Shown: positions 10,640 to 21,234 of the stretch, one piece after another | Layout of the letters: each line of letters starts with the position of its first letter | Position numbering within the stretch: position 1 is the stretch's first letter | Assembly: GCA_009103225.1 (NCBI GenBank) | Contig: RHPI01003389.1 | Location: 956,864 to 1,020,863 of the forward strand | Length of the DNA: 64,000 bases | Direction: 5' to 3' | Origin: Chlorokybus atmophyticus | Taxonomy: Eukaryota; Plantae; Mesostigma and Chlorokybus algae | The notes under the pieces: generated by a model | Database searches by the model: none | The model's input: only the letters and a program-made list of their open reading frames with translations | Told to the model about the DNA's origin: nothing | Translations under genes and position numbers: made by a program

Positions 10640-13600
10640 ATGACGGGTCGAATGTCAGGCTTGATGGGCCTGGGTTCGACTATGAGGCGGAGGACCAGGA
10701 GTCGAAGCCGGCGGCGGCGGCGGCGGCGGCGTGGCACATCTTGCGAGAAGTTGTGGTCGTAAGAGTTCAAGCAGCGAAGCCAACTACTACCGGTCGCCAC
10801 GTCATGGATCATGGCAGGCGTCAGCAATGGGGCTGTCCAACATGCATCACGAACATTGGACAAACCAGCAGGCAAGCCATTAATGACCATCTTCACACAG
10901 AGAGCTGCTTGGTGGCTCGCTTTCTGCAACAAGGAGTGGATCAGGAGCTGCAGTCCTTGGAGCCCCTTGTCAGAACCGTGCGGACCCAATTGCGGCTGTG
11001 GGAACAAGCACAAAGCAATGCAGAAGTACGCTCAACAATCACATGCATTTCCTTGCAAGAGCAATTTGTTTTTCAGCGCACTCCATGTGATATATGTAGC
11101 GTGGCTGCAGGCCTCCACTATTCACCCATACCCACCCTACAGTCAAGCCGACATTGCGGAAGCCAGAGCAGATAGACAGAGCTGGGCGGCGGTATGTTGT
11201 TGCCACTCTCGCTGTGCATGTTGACTGCATGCACCTCCAATGCATGCCTACCTTTACATGCTAGGATGTGCGTGAGCATGCGAAATCGCGCGCGCGTGCC
11301 GAACGAAGTAGGCCGGGTTTGAGCACAGGAGAGCGTGGCCATTCGTCCGGCATTCAACCAATCGTGCATCAACAAGCAATGACGCAGTCCATGCAATCAT
11401 TCGTGCATGAACCATTAATGCCGCAGGTGATTGTTCAAAGCAACCAACTGATAACGGTGTGACGCAGTTGACTATTGCAATTGCAGTGTCGCAAGCATGC
11501 AGCTAACCCACATGTGATTGGTTAACAGCACCACAGTGCACTAGGTCCTGTTGGAGCTCATATGCAAGCCTGGATTCAATCCCATCAACTGGTCCTTCAA
11601 TCCCACTTGCTGATGGGCGCGGCGGCAATGCAGCATCAGTTTAACATGCATGTTGGCCTATTGAATCCCGACATGTCCAATGGGGCAGTGGCGCATGATG
11701 TGCCCATGGCTCGCAAGCTCCGTGACGAGTCTGCGATCGAGGGTGGCGGGGAGAGTGCACCCAATACCATCTTGTCAGCCCCCATGGCTTCCCCTGCTCC
11801 ATGCAGCCCACGGGCCATTGAGGTAAGTCGCTGTCTTTTATGCTCGTGCCTTGGTAACAATGCGTCAGGCACTGCATAAGCTTATATTTCCTTTGCAACA
11901 TTGTGAGCCATCTTATCCTGGGTCCTGTATACAGCCCCCCCCTTGCTGCATGCACAAGTGGTCTCACCTGCAGCTCCTGCTCCCCTCGCAGCCAGAGCGC
12001 AACCACCTTCCGCGGCACCAGTCCTTCATGCACTGCCATCTCCTCCACGAGCAGCACCGGTGATTGCGGGGCAACAATCCTTCTTGCCGCCACCGGCGAG
12101 ACCACAGCACAATGCAACAACCGATGTGGCTTCTGCACCTACCTTACCCCACCCGCTGCAAGTTGAAGCCGGCAGTCTGCCCCAAACTCAGGTACTTTAT
12201 CAGTCACTGTGACTCTTGCCGTCCACACGCATACGGCCATCAATCATGCTAGGTGGCCAGCTCGCCTCATGGGACCACTTCAATGCGCCAACGGATGGTA
12301 ATTGCTTCTACCATTGTGTATTTCGCGCCAGGCCATCCATAGCGCAAAGTGTCCTGGATGATCACAAGTGCCCCAGCTCGAGCAGATTTTGGGCCATGCT
12401 GGACACCATGGACGACGACGGCAGGGGGCACACTCTCCGCAAAATCACCGCCAAGGCTGTCGATGCAGGCGTGGCGAGCAGAATCTTAGACTTCTGCAGA
12501 GCCACTGGTGCCGCGGGAGAGATGGCACAATATTACGACAAATTGCCTGCGACCATGTTGGCTGATATCATTTGCAACATTGACCTAGCCATGGCCAAGG
12601 TGCGACAGATCGTGCGGAGAAAAGATGTGTACGTCGAGCACCTGCAGATGACCATGTTTGCCAACAAGCTGGGCTTGTTGATTGGCTGCGTGACCGTTCA
12701 GCGCGAGCATGGGGAGTGGGTGCCACGGCCCGGCAGCGCAGTTTGGGTTGGAACTACAGAAGCCCCCAACTCAGTCCTGGTGGTGGGCAACACTGCTCCT
12801 AATGAGCTAGAAGCACACTTTTGGCTCCTCAAGCCTGCAAGCACCGAACAGTGGTCGTGGCCTATGCATGAAGTGCCACCGGAGGTAATACACCTGATCG
12901 GAGAGTGGCGGAATGGCGTTGCCAATTCCCCGCTACCACCGGCTGTGACTTAGAGTGCTGCGCCAATGCCTCAGGCCTCGCATTCGTGTGCTAGGCAAGA
13001 AGTAGCCGAGTGTTCTGCACATCCTGCCTCCCCTCAACCACAGCCACATGCTCGCAATTCAGCACCTCCCTTCCTGCCGCGGAGACTCACTTGCCACCGC
13101 ACTCTGACCATCCGGAGGCATTTCCATCAAGAAGCAGCTGTAGCTCGCCCTCTCCCTCTAAGCTTGCCACATTGATCCCAGCCTGTCTTGTTGGTAAAGA
13201 GATTGATAGAGGTGTCCTGAAAGCTGCGCTGAAAGACAAAAGCTTCATGCTCGACCTCATGAAGCAACATGAGGTTGTGGAGGAACGGGAGGCAACCAAC
13301 AAGCGCAAGGCTATGGAGCAAGAAGATAACGCCTTATCTCCTCTGAGTGACAGTGCCACGGAGAGCGCCTGCCAAGATGTGCAGGTTGACAAGAAAAAGA
13401 AGAAGAAGGTTGTTGGAACAAAAGACGCTGACAGGACCAAAAAAGGAAAGGTGAGGCATCGTTACAACGTTAGAAGAAGCACAGCGCCTTGAAGCCTCAC
13501 TGGGGCTGACTGTGTGTCCTAAGTAGGCACAGGCGGCTTTACAGCGTCAAGTGGCTGCTCAGCATCGTCCAGAGAGACAGCCGGTGCGGCACGAGCTGCC

Positions 13601-14561
13601 CAAGCTCAAAGCACCGACGCGCAGACGCTTTGAGGGGCTGACTCGTAGTGCAAAGAAGTTGATCGCCCTACAATACGCCCAAGACGCGCTGCATCACCGC
13701 ATGCGGCATGCCTCGAGGTGGGTGACGAAAGTATGCAATAAGTGGGAGCAAACGCGGAGAGTGCGGTCTAAACAGACCTCTGGGGATTGGCCGTGGTTGG
13801 AACCCATACACAATATGGCCATCCATAGTACGTTGTTGCCCCTCGCCGTCCTCGATATGATGGTGTTGCTGCCGCAGCAACCCGGCAATGTGCAAGAGCT
13901 ATCTGCGGAGCAGAACTTCGACCTGCTGCAGCAGATGTACCTGTCGATATCGACTGATGCGGGTCGAGATGTGTGCCACTACCTGAGCAAACATACTGGG
14001 TGGCAAGTAAAACCATTCGAGCTGTACTTGGCATGCTTTGGTTGGCAGTGGCTGTATGTCATACGGCACGTCGAGCTTATTCTGTGGAAGCTCGAAGAAA
14101 ATGACGATGCGGGGGAGTACACGAGTGACGACAGCCATGTCGAGGGCCTGGATGAACGCATGCTGGACGAGACCGCCAAGACCAGCAGGTGGTGTATGGC
14201 GGCAGATGGGCAACAGGTGATCAAGCAGGCAGTGGAGCGTTATGCCGCGCCATTCAGGTGGGAGTCGCTACGCTTGCAACGCGATAACAGAGTTTGGTGG
14301 CAGAGGCAGCTTGCACACCCGCGTGCACCATGTGTGCTAATTTGTCGCATTGAAGAGCCCCCCCCCCCCCCCCCCCCCCNGGAGACGCCCTGTTGCAAGA
14401 AAGCGATGTGCCATGTCTGCATCATAGCACATCAGAAGACTGTGGCAAATAAATCAAAGAATCTATAAGCATGTCCCTTTTGCAAGCAACCTCACCCGTT
14501 TTGGTCGCCACGCCTGATGCAAGACGCCAACGTGTCGGCGGTGATTTGGCCCCCGCCTTGA
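10640..14561 (+). CDS. Multi-exon cargo gene: N-terminal C2HC zinc finger, Pro/Ala-rich linker, OTU deubiquitinase, C-terminal RING-like finger (this copy has premature stops)
   Basis: CPTC...HLHTESC at the N-terminus. OTU Cys box DGNCFYHC (Cys 12303-12305) and His box EAHFWLL (His 12816-12818). Phase-0 GT-AG introns 12885-12994 and 13451-13526 join the OTU exon in frame to the RING exon (CVLIC...PCCKKAMCHVC...CPFC). Stops at 12210 and 14466. The 5' exon structure is uncertain. Confidence 0.7.
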
Positions 14562-14951
14562 TGCCAGTTGCATGTATTGTAGTTTTGTGTTGGCTTCCTG
14601 TGAACCATGTAGATACATGTATGGTTGCAGCATGGTGCATGGTGCACCAGAGATCTGCTGTTGTCAGAAGCATTGGATGTACATGTGTATGATGACTGCC
14701 CGGCGCATGAGTCAGTGCATGGCTTGCATACCTCGCTGGTTTAGAGCGTGGTTGACAGCAACAAACTCGGACAACGCTCTGGGTTCCATGGCATGATAGC
14801 ACAGTATTACTCTACGATCGTGGTAGTATGCGAGTATCCTTGTACTGTAGTATCATTAACAGATGGAGTACCATTCATGTTGATGCAGTATCATGCATGG
14901 TACTGCAATAGCGTATAAGGTACAGTCGTGCTTCACTTGAAGTTTGACCCA

Positions 14952-14999
14952 TTTAGGGTTCGTAAGATGGCAACCCTAAATTGATGCCCATACCCTAAA
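14952..14999. promoter_or_regulatory. Three telo-box-like (AACCCTAAA/TTTAGGGTT) motifs upstream of the Cys-rich/MTase genes
   Basis: At 14952, 14972 and 14992. Conserved in copy 2 at about 59158-59205. Confidence 0.4.
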
Positions 15000-15042
15000 G
15001 TCTCGCTCAGTTTGTGGGCAGCCGTGCCGATTCCTATTTTGC

Positions 15043-15618
15043 ATGATGTCGGCGGCAGCAGTTGAATCCCCCTCACCTAGGAGACCATGCTTGGTGTGCC
15101 CACAATGCAATGCGTACGTATGTGCCAATGGCCGTAGGCAGCAAATGCGAGCACACTTAACCGAATGCCAGCGAGTGCAGACAGTGTGCCACGGTTTTAG
15201 TGCTGCTTGCTGGCATTACACCACACACAATGTCGACGTGTTTGGCTGCCGCCTCGGCCAAGATCTGTGCAAGGAACCCGAGTTTTTCCATTGCGTGCAG
15301 TGCGTGTGCAAATCGTGCTCGCGCTCATGCTTCGAGTGGCGAGGGGAACCCATGCGCTTCTTCACATGGACAACACCGGAACATGTGGTTAGTGGACAGG
15401 TGGTAGATGCTGTGGAGGTAATTTGGCAGAGTGGACCGCGACGTATCACTGCATGTTATGTTGGGCGTATGCTTATATCATGCATGTTGAAGCTGTTGTC
15501 GCATTCGAAGCAGTCTTCCACGGTGTGGGCGTGGGCAGTTCCATCCCCTGGCCGCTGTAGAGGAGGCAGACCATCAACCGTTCGACAGCGCACTGCATTG
15601 GCTGCGGAACGCAGTTAA
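15043..15618 (+). CDS. Cys-rich zinc-binding protein, 191 aa
   Basis: CPQC...HLTEC finger plus a second Cys cluster (CVQCVCKSCSRSC). The ORF is intact and the same length in the copy at 58539-59114. Confidence 0.6.
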   Translation: MMSAAAVESPSPRRPCLVCPQCNAYVCANGRRQQMRAHLTECQRVQTVCHGFSAACWHYTTHNVDVFGCRLGQDLCKEPEFFHCVQCVCKSCSRSCFEWRGEPMRFFTWTTPEHVVSGQVVDAVEVIWQSGPRRITACYVGRMLISCMLKLLSHSKQSSTVWAWAVPSPGRCRGGRPSTVRQRTALAAERS

Positions 15619-15619
15619 G

Positions 15620-16753
15620 TTGGGATGCGAGCAGCTGATTGGTGTGAGTGTCATGGTGCATGGGCCGCTGGATGGGGAATGGTATGCGGGCGTTGTGGAA
15701 TCATTGAAGCAAGCGTTAGGTCAGCATCACTTCGTGGCGTGCGAGATTGAGGACGCATCATATATGCATGGAGCAATGGAAAATGTCTTTGCAGGGCAGC
15801 ACCGTATAGTATTCGATGATGGTGATCGACCACAAACCATCAACTTCAAAGGGCACAACGTATTCGCGTACACATCAGTTGACGGGGCACGCCATGTTCT
15901 GCGCGTCGGAGGGGAGAACGTCAGTCGCACAGTAAGCCCGGAAGGCATCATTGTTAGTCCCTGGCCAGCACCACGGCTAGCCTTGACCACATACACGCCA
16001 TCTGACAACATGCTTGGACGCACACGCAGACCAAGGGCACTCGACCTATTCTGCGGCGGTGGCAGTGCCAGTGGCGGTCTATACCACGCAGGCTTTGACG
16101 TGACCGGGATGGACATAAGTCCCTCCTCTGAGTACCCGCTGCCCTTCATACACCGCGATGTGTGCACCCTGAGTGCAGGAGAGCTGAGCGAGGACGAGCT
16201 CATCTGAGCCAGTCCACCATGCCAGGCCTGTTCAGGTGCTATCCCGGCACCTCAACGGGCGGCACATGGCACATCCTGGAGACATCAGGTATGATACCGC
16301 TCGTCCAACGTCTGCTGCTTGCAAGCCAGGTCAAGTTTGTGATTGAGAATGTGCTAGGAGCAGCTTCCTCATTCAGACCCAATCTGTCCCTTTGTGGCAC
16401 GATGTTTGGCCTATCAACTTTCCGACACCGTCTGTTTGAGACACAGACAGTGGTAGCTACCCCACCAGCACGCTGCTCGCACGCGGGCAAGGCAGTTGGA
16501 CTGCTATCGTCGCACCTGTTCGCTAGCGCGAAGAAGACAATCGTGACATCAAATGCGCTACAGCAGATGTACCCGGTTTATGGCCTTCCAAGCACCAGGG
16601 GCGGCATTGCTGCGTGGCAAACAGCGCTGGGAGTGCCATGGACGGCCGTTTCCATAGCGAATGCAGTTCCTCCCGCAATGGCGGAGTGCATAGGGCGTCT
16701 CATGCTTGAAACAATGGATATGCGCTGTGACTACCCTCCTGTGTTATGGAACT
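15620..16753 (+). pseudogene. Tudor domain fused to a C5-cytosine DNA methyltransferase (copy 1, disrupted)
   Basis: Tudor (LIGVSVMVH.PLDGEWYAGVVES...GQHRIVFDDGD after removing intron 15720-15794). MTase motif I LDLFCGGG, motif IV ASPPCQ, motif VI FVIENV, LCGTMFGL..RHRLFE, and motif X ANAVPP. TGG to TGA at 16205, a 1-bp frameshift near 16290, and the last codons displaced to 21664-21674 by the Copia. Confidence 0.88.
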
Positions 16754-17219
16754 TGTTGAAGGACTAGCATGCACATGTAGCTGAGGCAAGCATGGATACA
16801 CACGGACAGAGCTACCGCCACCAGAGCATACACAAGTCACATCACATTCATCTATTACAAGTTGTCCGCTGGTTCTTATACCAGCCAGTTACACACACGT
16901 CTACGTTTGCAAGCACTGCGTAAGCTATACTCAGCCTTTTGACGCGCTCTAAGCTGCGTTGTCTTTCTCACAACCAGAGCTTTCCAACAAGCTCTTACAC
17001 GCCAAATATGAGTAAGTATACGCGGAGATACAAAGCAGTTAGTAAGGCTCCAGTCTGGAGTCCGGAGTCTGGTCCGACGATGCCATCTTGCTAAGTCCGG
17101 ACCTAGTGCTCGTCCTTACGACCTTCTACTCCTGTGTGGAGGGTCGATGCTGATCGTATGTAGGAATACTCTCAACACTCCCACGCGAGCAGCTTGACCT
17201 CCAACGCTTGCTCCTGTAG

Positions 17220-20200
17220 TCAAACACAGATGCCAAGTCCTGCACAACAAGTCTTGAACTTGAGTGGTGACAATGGCTTTGTCATGAAGTCCGCCAGCAT
17301 GCCCTCAGTGTTGCAGTACTGGAACTCCACCTCCTTCCTTGTGACTCTGTCACGCACAAAGTGATGCATGACATCAATGTGCTTCGTCCTTGCCGAGGCG
17401 ATAGGGTGCTTCAACAACTTGATGGCTCCTTGGTTGTCACAGTTGATGACGATGCACGCCATGGGGTGCTCCAAGTCTGCCATGAGCTTGCGAAGCCAGA
17501 GTGCCTCCTTCACTGCTGCTGCCGCTGCCATGTACTCAGCCTCTGATGTAGATGCTGCTGTTGTTGGCTGCAGCCTGCTGTTCCAGCTCACCACGCCTCC
17601 GTTCAGCTTGAAGACGTAGCCTGTAGTGGACCTCCTGCTGTTGAGGTCACCAGCAAAGTCCGAGTCGCAGTAGCCCTCCAACTCAGTGCTCCCGCTCCCA
17701 AACTTGATGCCAACTGTTGCGCTCCCAGCAACATAGCGTAGTACTCCCTTTGCTGCTCTCCAGTGCTCCATGCTCGGTGCAGACATGTAGCGAGCAAGTA
17801 CTCCCACAGCATGTGCAACATCGGGACGTGTGCACACTGCCAGATAGAGCATGCTGCCTACCAGCTCACCATATGGATACTGAGCCTTGTCGAGTACCTC
17901 CTCATCCTTTGCCTTGATGAGGGCAGTGCCAAGTGCCAACGGTGTGGTCTTGGTCTTCGCTTCAGTGAGCCCAAACTTGGTGACGAGTCTTCTCACCATC
18001 TGCTCCTGACTGATCTTGATTGTGCGAGCCGCCCTGTCGCGCTCAATCACCATGCCAAGGAACCACTTGGCCTCTCCAAGATCACGAACTGAGAATGCTT
18101 GCTGTAGAGCAAGTTTCGTCTCCTGCAGGTGGTGCACCTGCCTGGCGGTGATGATGATATCATCAACATACACGAGCAGCCAGACCTTGTTGTCTGCATG
18201 GATGAAGAGCCCAGGGTCTGCAGAGGATGCGGTGAAGCCAAGTGCCTCCAGCTCCTTGGTGAGCTTGATGTGCCACATACGCGGTGCCTGTCGCAGCCCG
18301 TACAGTGCCTTGATCAGCTTGCACGCTGTGCCTCTCTCCCCTTCTTCATATCCAGGTGGTTGCTCGATGAAGATCTCCTCCTCCAGCTCTCCGTAGAGGA
18401 AGGCAGTCTTCACATCCAGGTGATGCAGCTCTAGGTCTTCAGCAGCAACCATAGCTAGCAGTGCACGGAAGGTGGTATGCTTACTTGCAGGTGCAAACAC
18501 TTCGTTGAAGTCCACACCTTCCTGCTGCAAGAAGCCCTTTGCCACCAGTCTTGCCTTGTAGCGCTCAATGTTGCCCTGACCATCACGCTTCACCTTGAAG
18601 ACCCATTTCACTGGAATGGTCTTCACTCCTTGCGGTAACTGCTCCAGTGACCAAGTGTTGTTGGCATGGAGTGACGCAATCTCCTCGTCCATAGCACGCT
18701 GCCATTGCTCCGCATCTGGTGCTAACAATGCCTCCTCGTAGGTGCTTGGCTCCTCATTCTGCACACTGGCGACGTGTGCCTTGTGTAGGAAGTCAGGTGC
18801 CTTTCTCTCCCTCACTGGGTATCTCCGAGCTGCGTGCTCCTGCTGCAGGTGCGACTGCTTGTCTGCTACAGTGGAGTCCTGCTCACCCTTATCGTCGATG
18901 ATGGCCTTGCCTGTAGCCTCCACTGTTTCAGGATGCTCCGGCTGTGCTTCATCTTCAGGAAAGAAGCCTGCTTCTGGTTGTGATAATCCCTCGTGGAAAA
19001 CCACCTCTCTGCTCACGATGATCTTCTGAGTGTCCTCGAGCAAGATCCTGTAAGCCTTGGAACCCGGTTCATAGCCAACGAAGATGCCCTTCTTGCTGAC
19101 CGGCTCCAGCTTGTGCCTGAGCTGTTTAGGCACTAGTGCATATGCCGTGCATCCAAACACACGCATACCACTCACATCTGGTGTGGCTCCATAGAAGTGC
19201 TCCCACGGAGTCTTCTGCTCTGAGCTCACCGGAGACCTGTTGCGGATGTAGTTGGCAGTGAGTACCGCCTCCTTCCACAAACTGTCTTCCATCTTTGTGT
19301 CGTTGAGCATGGCTCGAACACGCTCCAAGAGTGTCCTGTTGAGGCGTTCAGCTGCTCCATTCTGCTGCGGGGTGTAGGGTGCCGTTGTCTCGTGGCGTAT
19401 GCCCTTGCTGGCGAAGAACTCCTTCAACTCCTTGTTGATGTACTCCCCTCCTCGATCACTCCTCATTGCCTTCATCTTGTTGCCAGACTGGGTCTCCAAC
19501 AAGGCCACAACTGTGCGCACAGCTCCAGCAACTTCTGACTTGAGCGTCAATGGAAAGATGATGGACAGCTTGCTGTAGTCGTCGAGGAATGTAGCAAAGT
19601 ACCTGGCCCCTCCCTTCGCCACAATGCGCATAGGGCCACAGACATCCATGTGCACAAGCTCGCAAGGATGCTGACTGCTAGAAGAGGATGATGGGAATGG
19701 CATAGCATGCTGCTTTGCAACCAGGCATGGTTCACAAAGTGCACCTGATGCATTCTTGAGTTCTTCTGTGCTGAGATGGATGCCCTTGACCATCTTCTCA
19801 GCGACAAGGCGAGTGAGGTTGACGTAGCTGAGATGCCCGAACCTTCGATGCCACAATGTTGGCGACTCCTTGTCCTTCACCACCATGGCTTGAATGTCTC
19901 TGTCTTGAGGCTGCTCCACGTGGTAGAGCCCTCCCGGATCAGCGATTCCAACCATGTGCACGACCCCATCAAGGATGACTGAGCAGCCACCCTTCCGAAA
20001 TAGGATCTCCGCGCCTAAGCGCTCCGCAACCCTCACAGAGAATAGACTCGCAATAGCCTTAGGAACATGCAGGACGTTGCGTAACAACACCTCGCGTAGT
20101 GTGTTACCAACCTTGCACTGGAGTCGTACGTTGCCAACTCCCTCAGCCACCAGTACTTCGCCACCGAAGCCCGCCACCTTGATTGTGGACGTCAGCTTCC

Positions 20201-21161
20201 TGTAGCCCTCCATCACCTCCTTGTTTGGTGTGAGATGACGATCGCAGCCAGAGTCCACCACCCAGAAAGCTGTGCCCGCCCTCGAACTGGATGCAGTGAA
20301 GGCGACATGTTTCTCCTTGTGTTGGTGCTCGTTGCCGCTGTTGCTGGTGCTTGCTCTAGGTTGCCCCTGTTGTTTCTTCCTACAGTCCTTCACAATGTGC
20401 CCCTTCCAACCACACCAGTGGCATGTGAGGTCTTTGTGACGAGGATTGCCTGGCTTGTTGCCCTTGTACTTCTCTTCATGGTTGCTCTTCTTTGCGTGCT
20501 TGCCGGTGTAGAAGGCGACGGCATCCGCTTGCTCGTCCTTCTTCACAACCCTCTGCTCCACGGTGAGCAGCTTCGGTAGCACATCGTCCAACGTCAACTC
20601 CGATGATGACGTCTCCAGCAGGGTTGCGACGACCTCGTACTCTGCTGGTAGCCCTGCAACAATGGCCAGCACTACCTCCGTCTCCCCCATGTTGTGGCCG
20701 ACGTTGATGAGGTCCGCCCACAGCTCTCTCGCGCGCGCAACATACTTTGTGATGGGTTCTGCTGCCTCCTTCCTGAGTGCGCTGAGCTGCTTGCGTAGAT
20801 GCAACTTTCTGGCATTGTTCTTGGCTCTGAAAACGGCTGATAGCTTTTCCCAAGCTTGTCTACCATCTTCACATGCAGTGAGCATGGGAAAGTGATGCGG
20901 TTTGCTGTTCAACACAAGCAAAGAGTGTGCTTCTGCTGAATGCTCTGACCACACAGTGTTCGCTCCTGGTGTTGGTGGTGGTGCCTTTGGATCAACGTAC
21001 TTCCACACCTTCTTGTGGATGAGCAAGGCCTTCATCTCCACGCACCATGTGTTGTAGTTGTCGGTGTCCAGCTTTGCAATCTGCCCCTTGTCGTAGGTCG
21101 CCTCCATTTCTGTCGAGCCTGCCTTTCTTGCAGTTGACACCCAAGGCTCTGCTACCAACAA
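17220..21161 (-). CDS. Copia Gag-Pol polyprotein (Gag, CCHC, PR, IN, RT, RNase H), 1313 aa
   Basis: CHWCGWKGHIVKDC, WVVDSGCDRH, LVHMDVCGP, PQQNGAAER, YKARLVAKG, LLVYVDD, YCDSDFAG, RTKHIDV. The true start is probably the later Met (MEATYDK). Confidence 0.97.
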   Translation of the reverse strand: MLVAEPWVSTARKAGSTEMEATYDKGQIAKLDTDNYNTWCVEMKALLIHKKVWKYVDPKAPPPTPGANTVWSEHSAEAHSLLVLNSKPHHFPMLTACEDGRQAWEKLSAVFRAKNNARKLHLRKQLSALRKEAAEPITKYVARARELWADLINVGHNMGETEVVLAIVAGLPAEYEVVATLLETSSSELTLDDVLPKLLTVEQRVVKKDEQADAVAFYTGKHAKKSNHEEKYKGNKPGNPRHKDLTCHWCGWKGHIVKDCRKKQQGQPRASTSNSGNEHQHKEKHVAFTASSSRAGTAFWVVDSGCDRHLTPNKEVMEGYRKLTSTIKVAGFGGEVLVAEGVGNVRLQCKVGNTLREVLLRNVLHVPKAIASLFSVRVAERLGAEILFRKGGCSVILDGVVHMVGIADPGGLYHVEQPQDRDIQAMVVKDKESPTLWHRRFGHLSYVNLTRLVAEKMVKGIHLSTEELKNASGALCEPCLVAKQHAMPFPSSSSSSQHPCELVHMDVCGPMRIVAKGGARYFATFLDDYSKLSIIFPLTLKSEVAGAVRTVVALLETQSGNKMKAMRSDRGGEYINKELKEFFASKGIRHETTAPYTPQQNGAAERLNRTLLERVRAMLNDTKMEDSLWKEAVLTANYIRNRSPVSSEQKTPWEHFYGATPDVSGMRVFGCTAYALVPKQLRHKLEPVSKKGIFVGYEPGSKAYRILLEDTQKIIVSREVVFHEGLSQPEAGFFPEDEAQPEHPETVEATGKAIIDDKGEQDSTVADKQSHLQQEHAARRYPVRERKAPDFLHKAHVASVQNEEPSTYEEALLAPDAEQWQRAMDEEIASLHANNTWSLEQLPQGVKTIPVKWVFKVKRDGQGNIERYKARLVAKGFLQQEGVDFNEVFAPASKHTTFRALLAMVAAEDLELHHLDVKTAFLYGELEEEIFIEQPPGYEEGERGTACKLIKALYGLRQAPRMWHIKLTKELEALGFTASSADPGLFIHADNKVWLLVYVDDIIITARQVHHLQETKLALQQAFSVRDLGEAKWFLGMVIERDRAARTIKISQEQMVRRLVTKFGLTEAKTKTTPLALGTALIKAKDEEVLDKAQYPYGELVGSMLYLAVCTRPDVAHAVGVLARYMSAPSMEHWRAAKGVLRYVAGSATVGIKFGSGSTELEGYCDSDFAGDLNSRRSTTGYVFKLNGGVVSWNSRLQPTTAASTSEAEYMAAAAAVKEALWLRKLMADLEHPMACIVINCDNQGAIKLLKHPIASARTKHIDVMHHFVRDRVTRKEVEFQYCNTEGMLADFMTKPLSPLKFKTCCAGLGICV

Positions 21162-21221
21162 GCTACCGTAGTGTAGAACTACTATGCACTCAAGCTAGTC
21201 TCACACTCCTCAAGCGTAGTG

Positions 21222-21234
21222 TGGGCCCATAACC
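21222..21234 (-). other. Primer binding site GGTTATGGGCCCA (half-tRNAiMet type)
   Basis: Abuts the 5' LTR and is complementary to the anticodon arm of initiator tRNA-Met. The same PBS precedes the LTRs at 50181 and 56113. Confidence 0.85.

Noticed and set aside
14349-14385. Programmed frameshift or poly-Pro signal at the C-run containing an N
   Set aside because: The homopolymer length is unreliable (ambiguous base), and copy 2 has a shorter ordinary sequence.
15620-16753. Bacterial contamination or a restriction-modification system
   Set aside because: The MTase gene has a spliceosomal intron and a eukaryotic Tudor domain, lies inside a eukaryotic transposon, and has no adjacent endonuclease.
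17361-20895. Many plus-strand ORFs over the Copia, repeated at 52225-55766
   Set aside because: They are antisense shadows of the Gag-Pol frame, and their recurrence only reflects the duplicated element.
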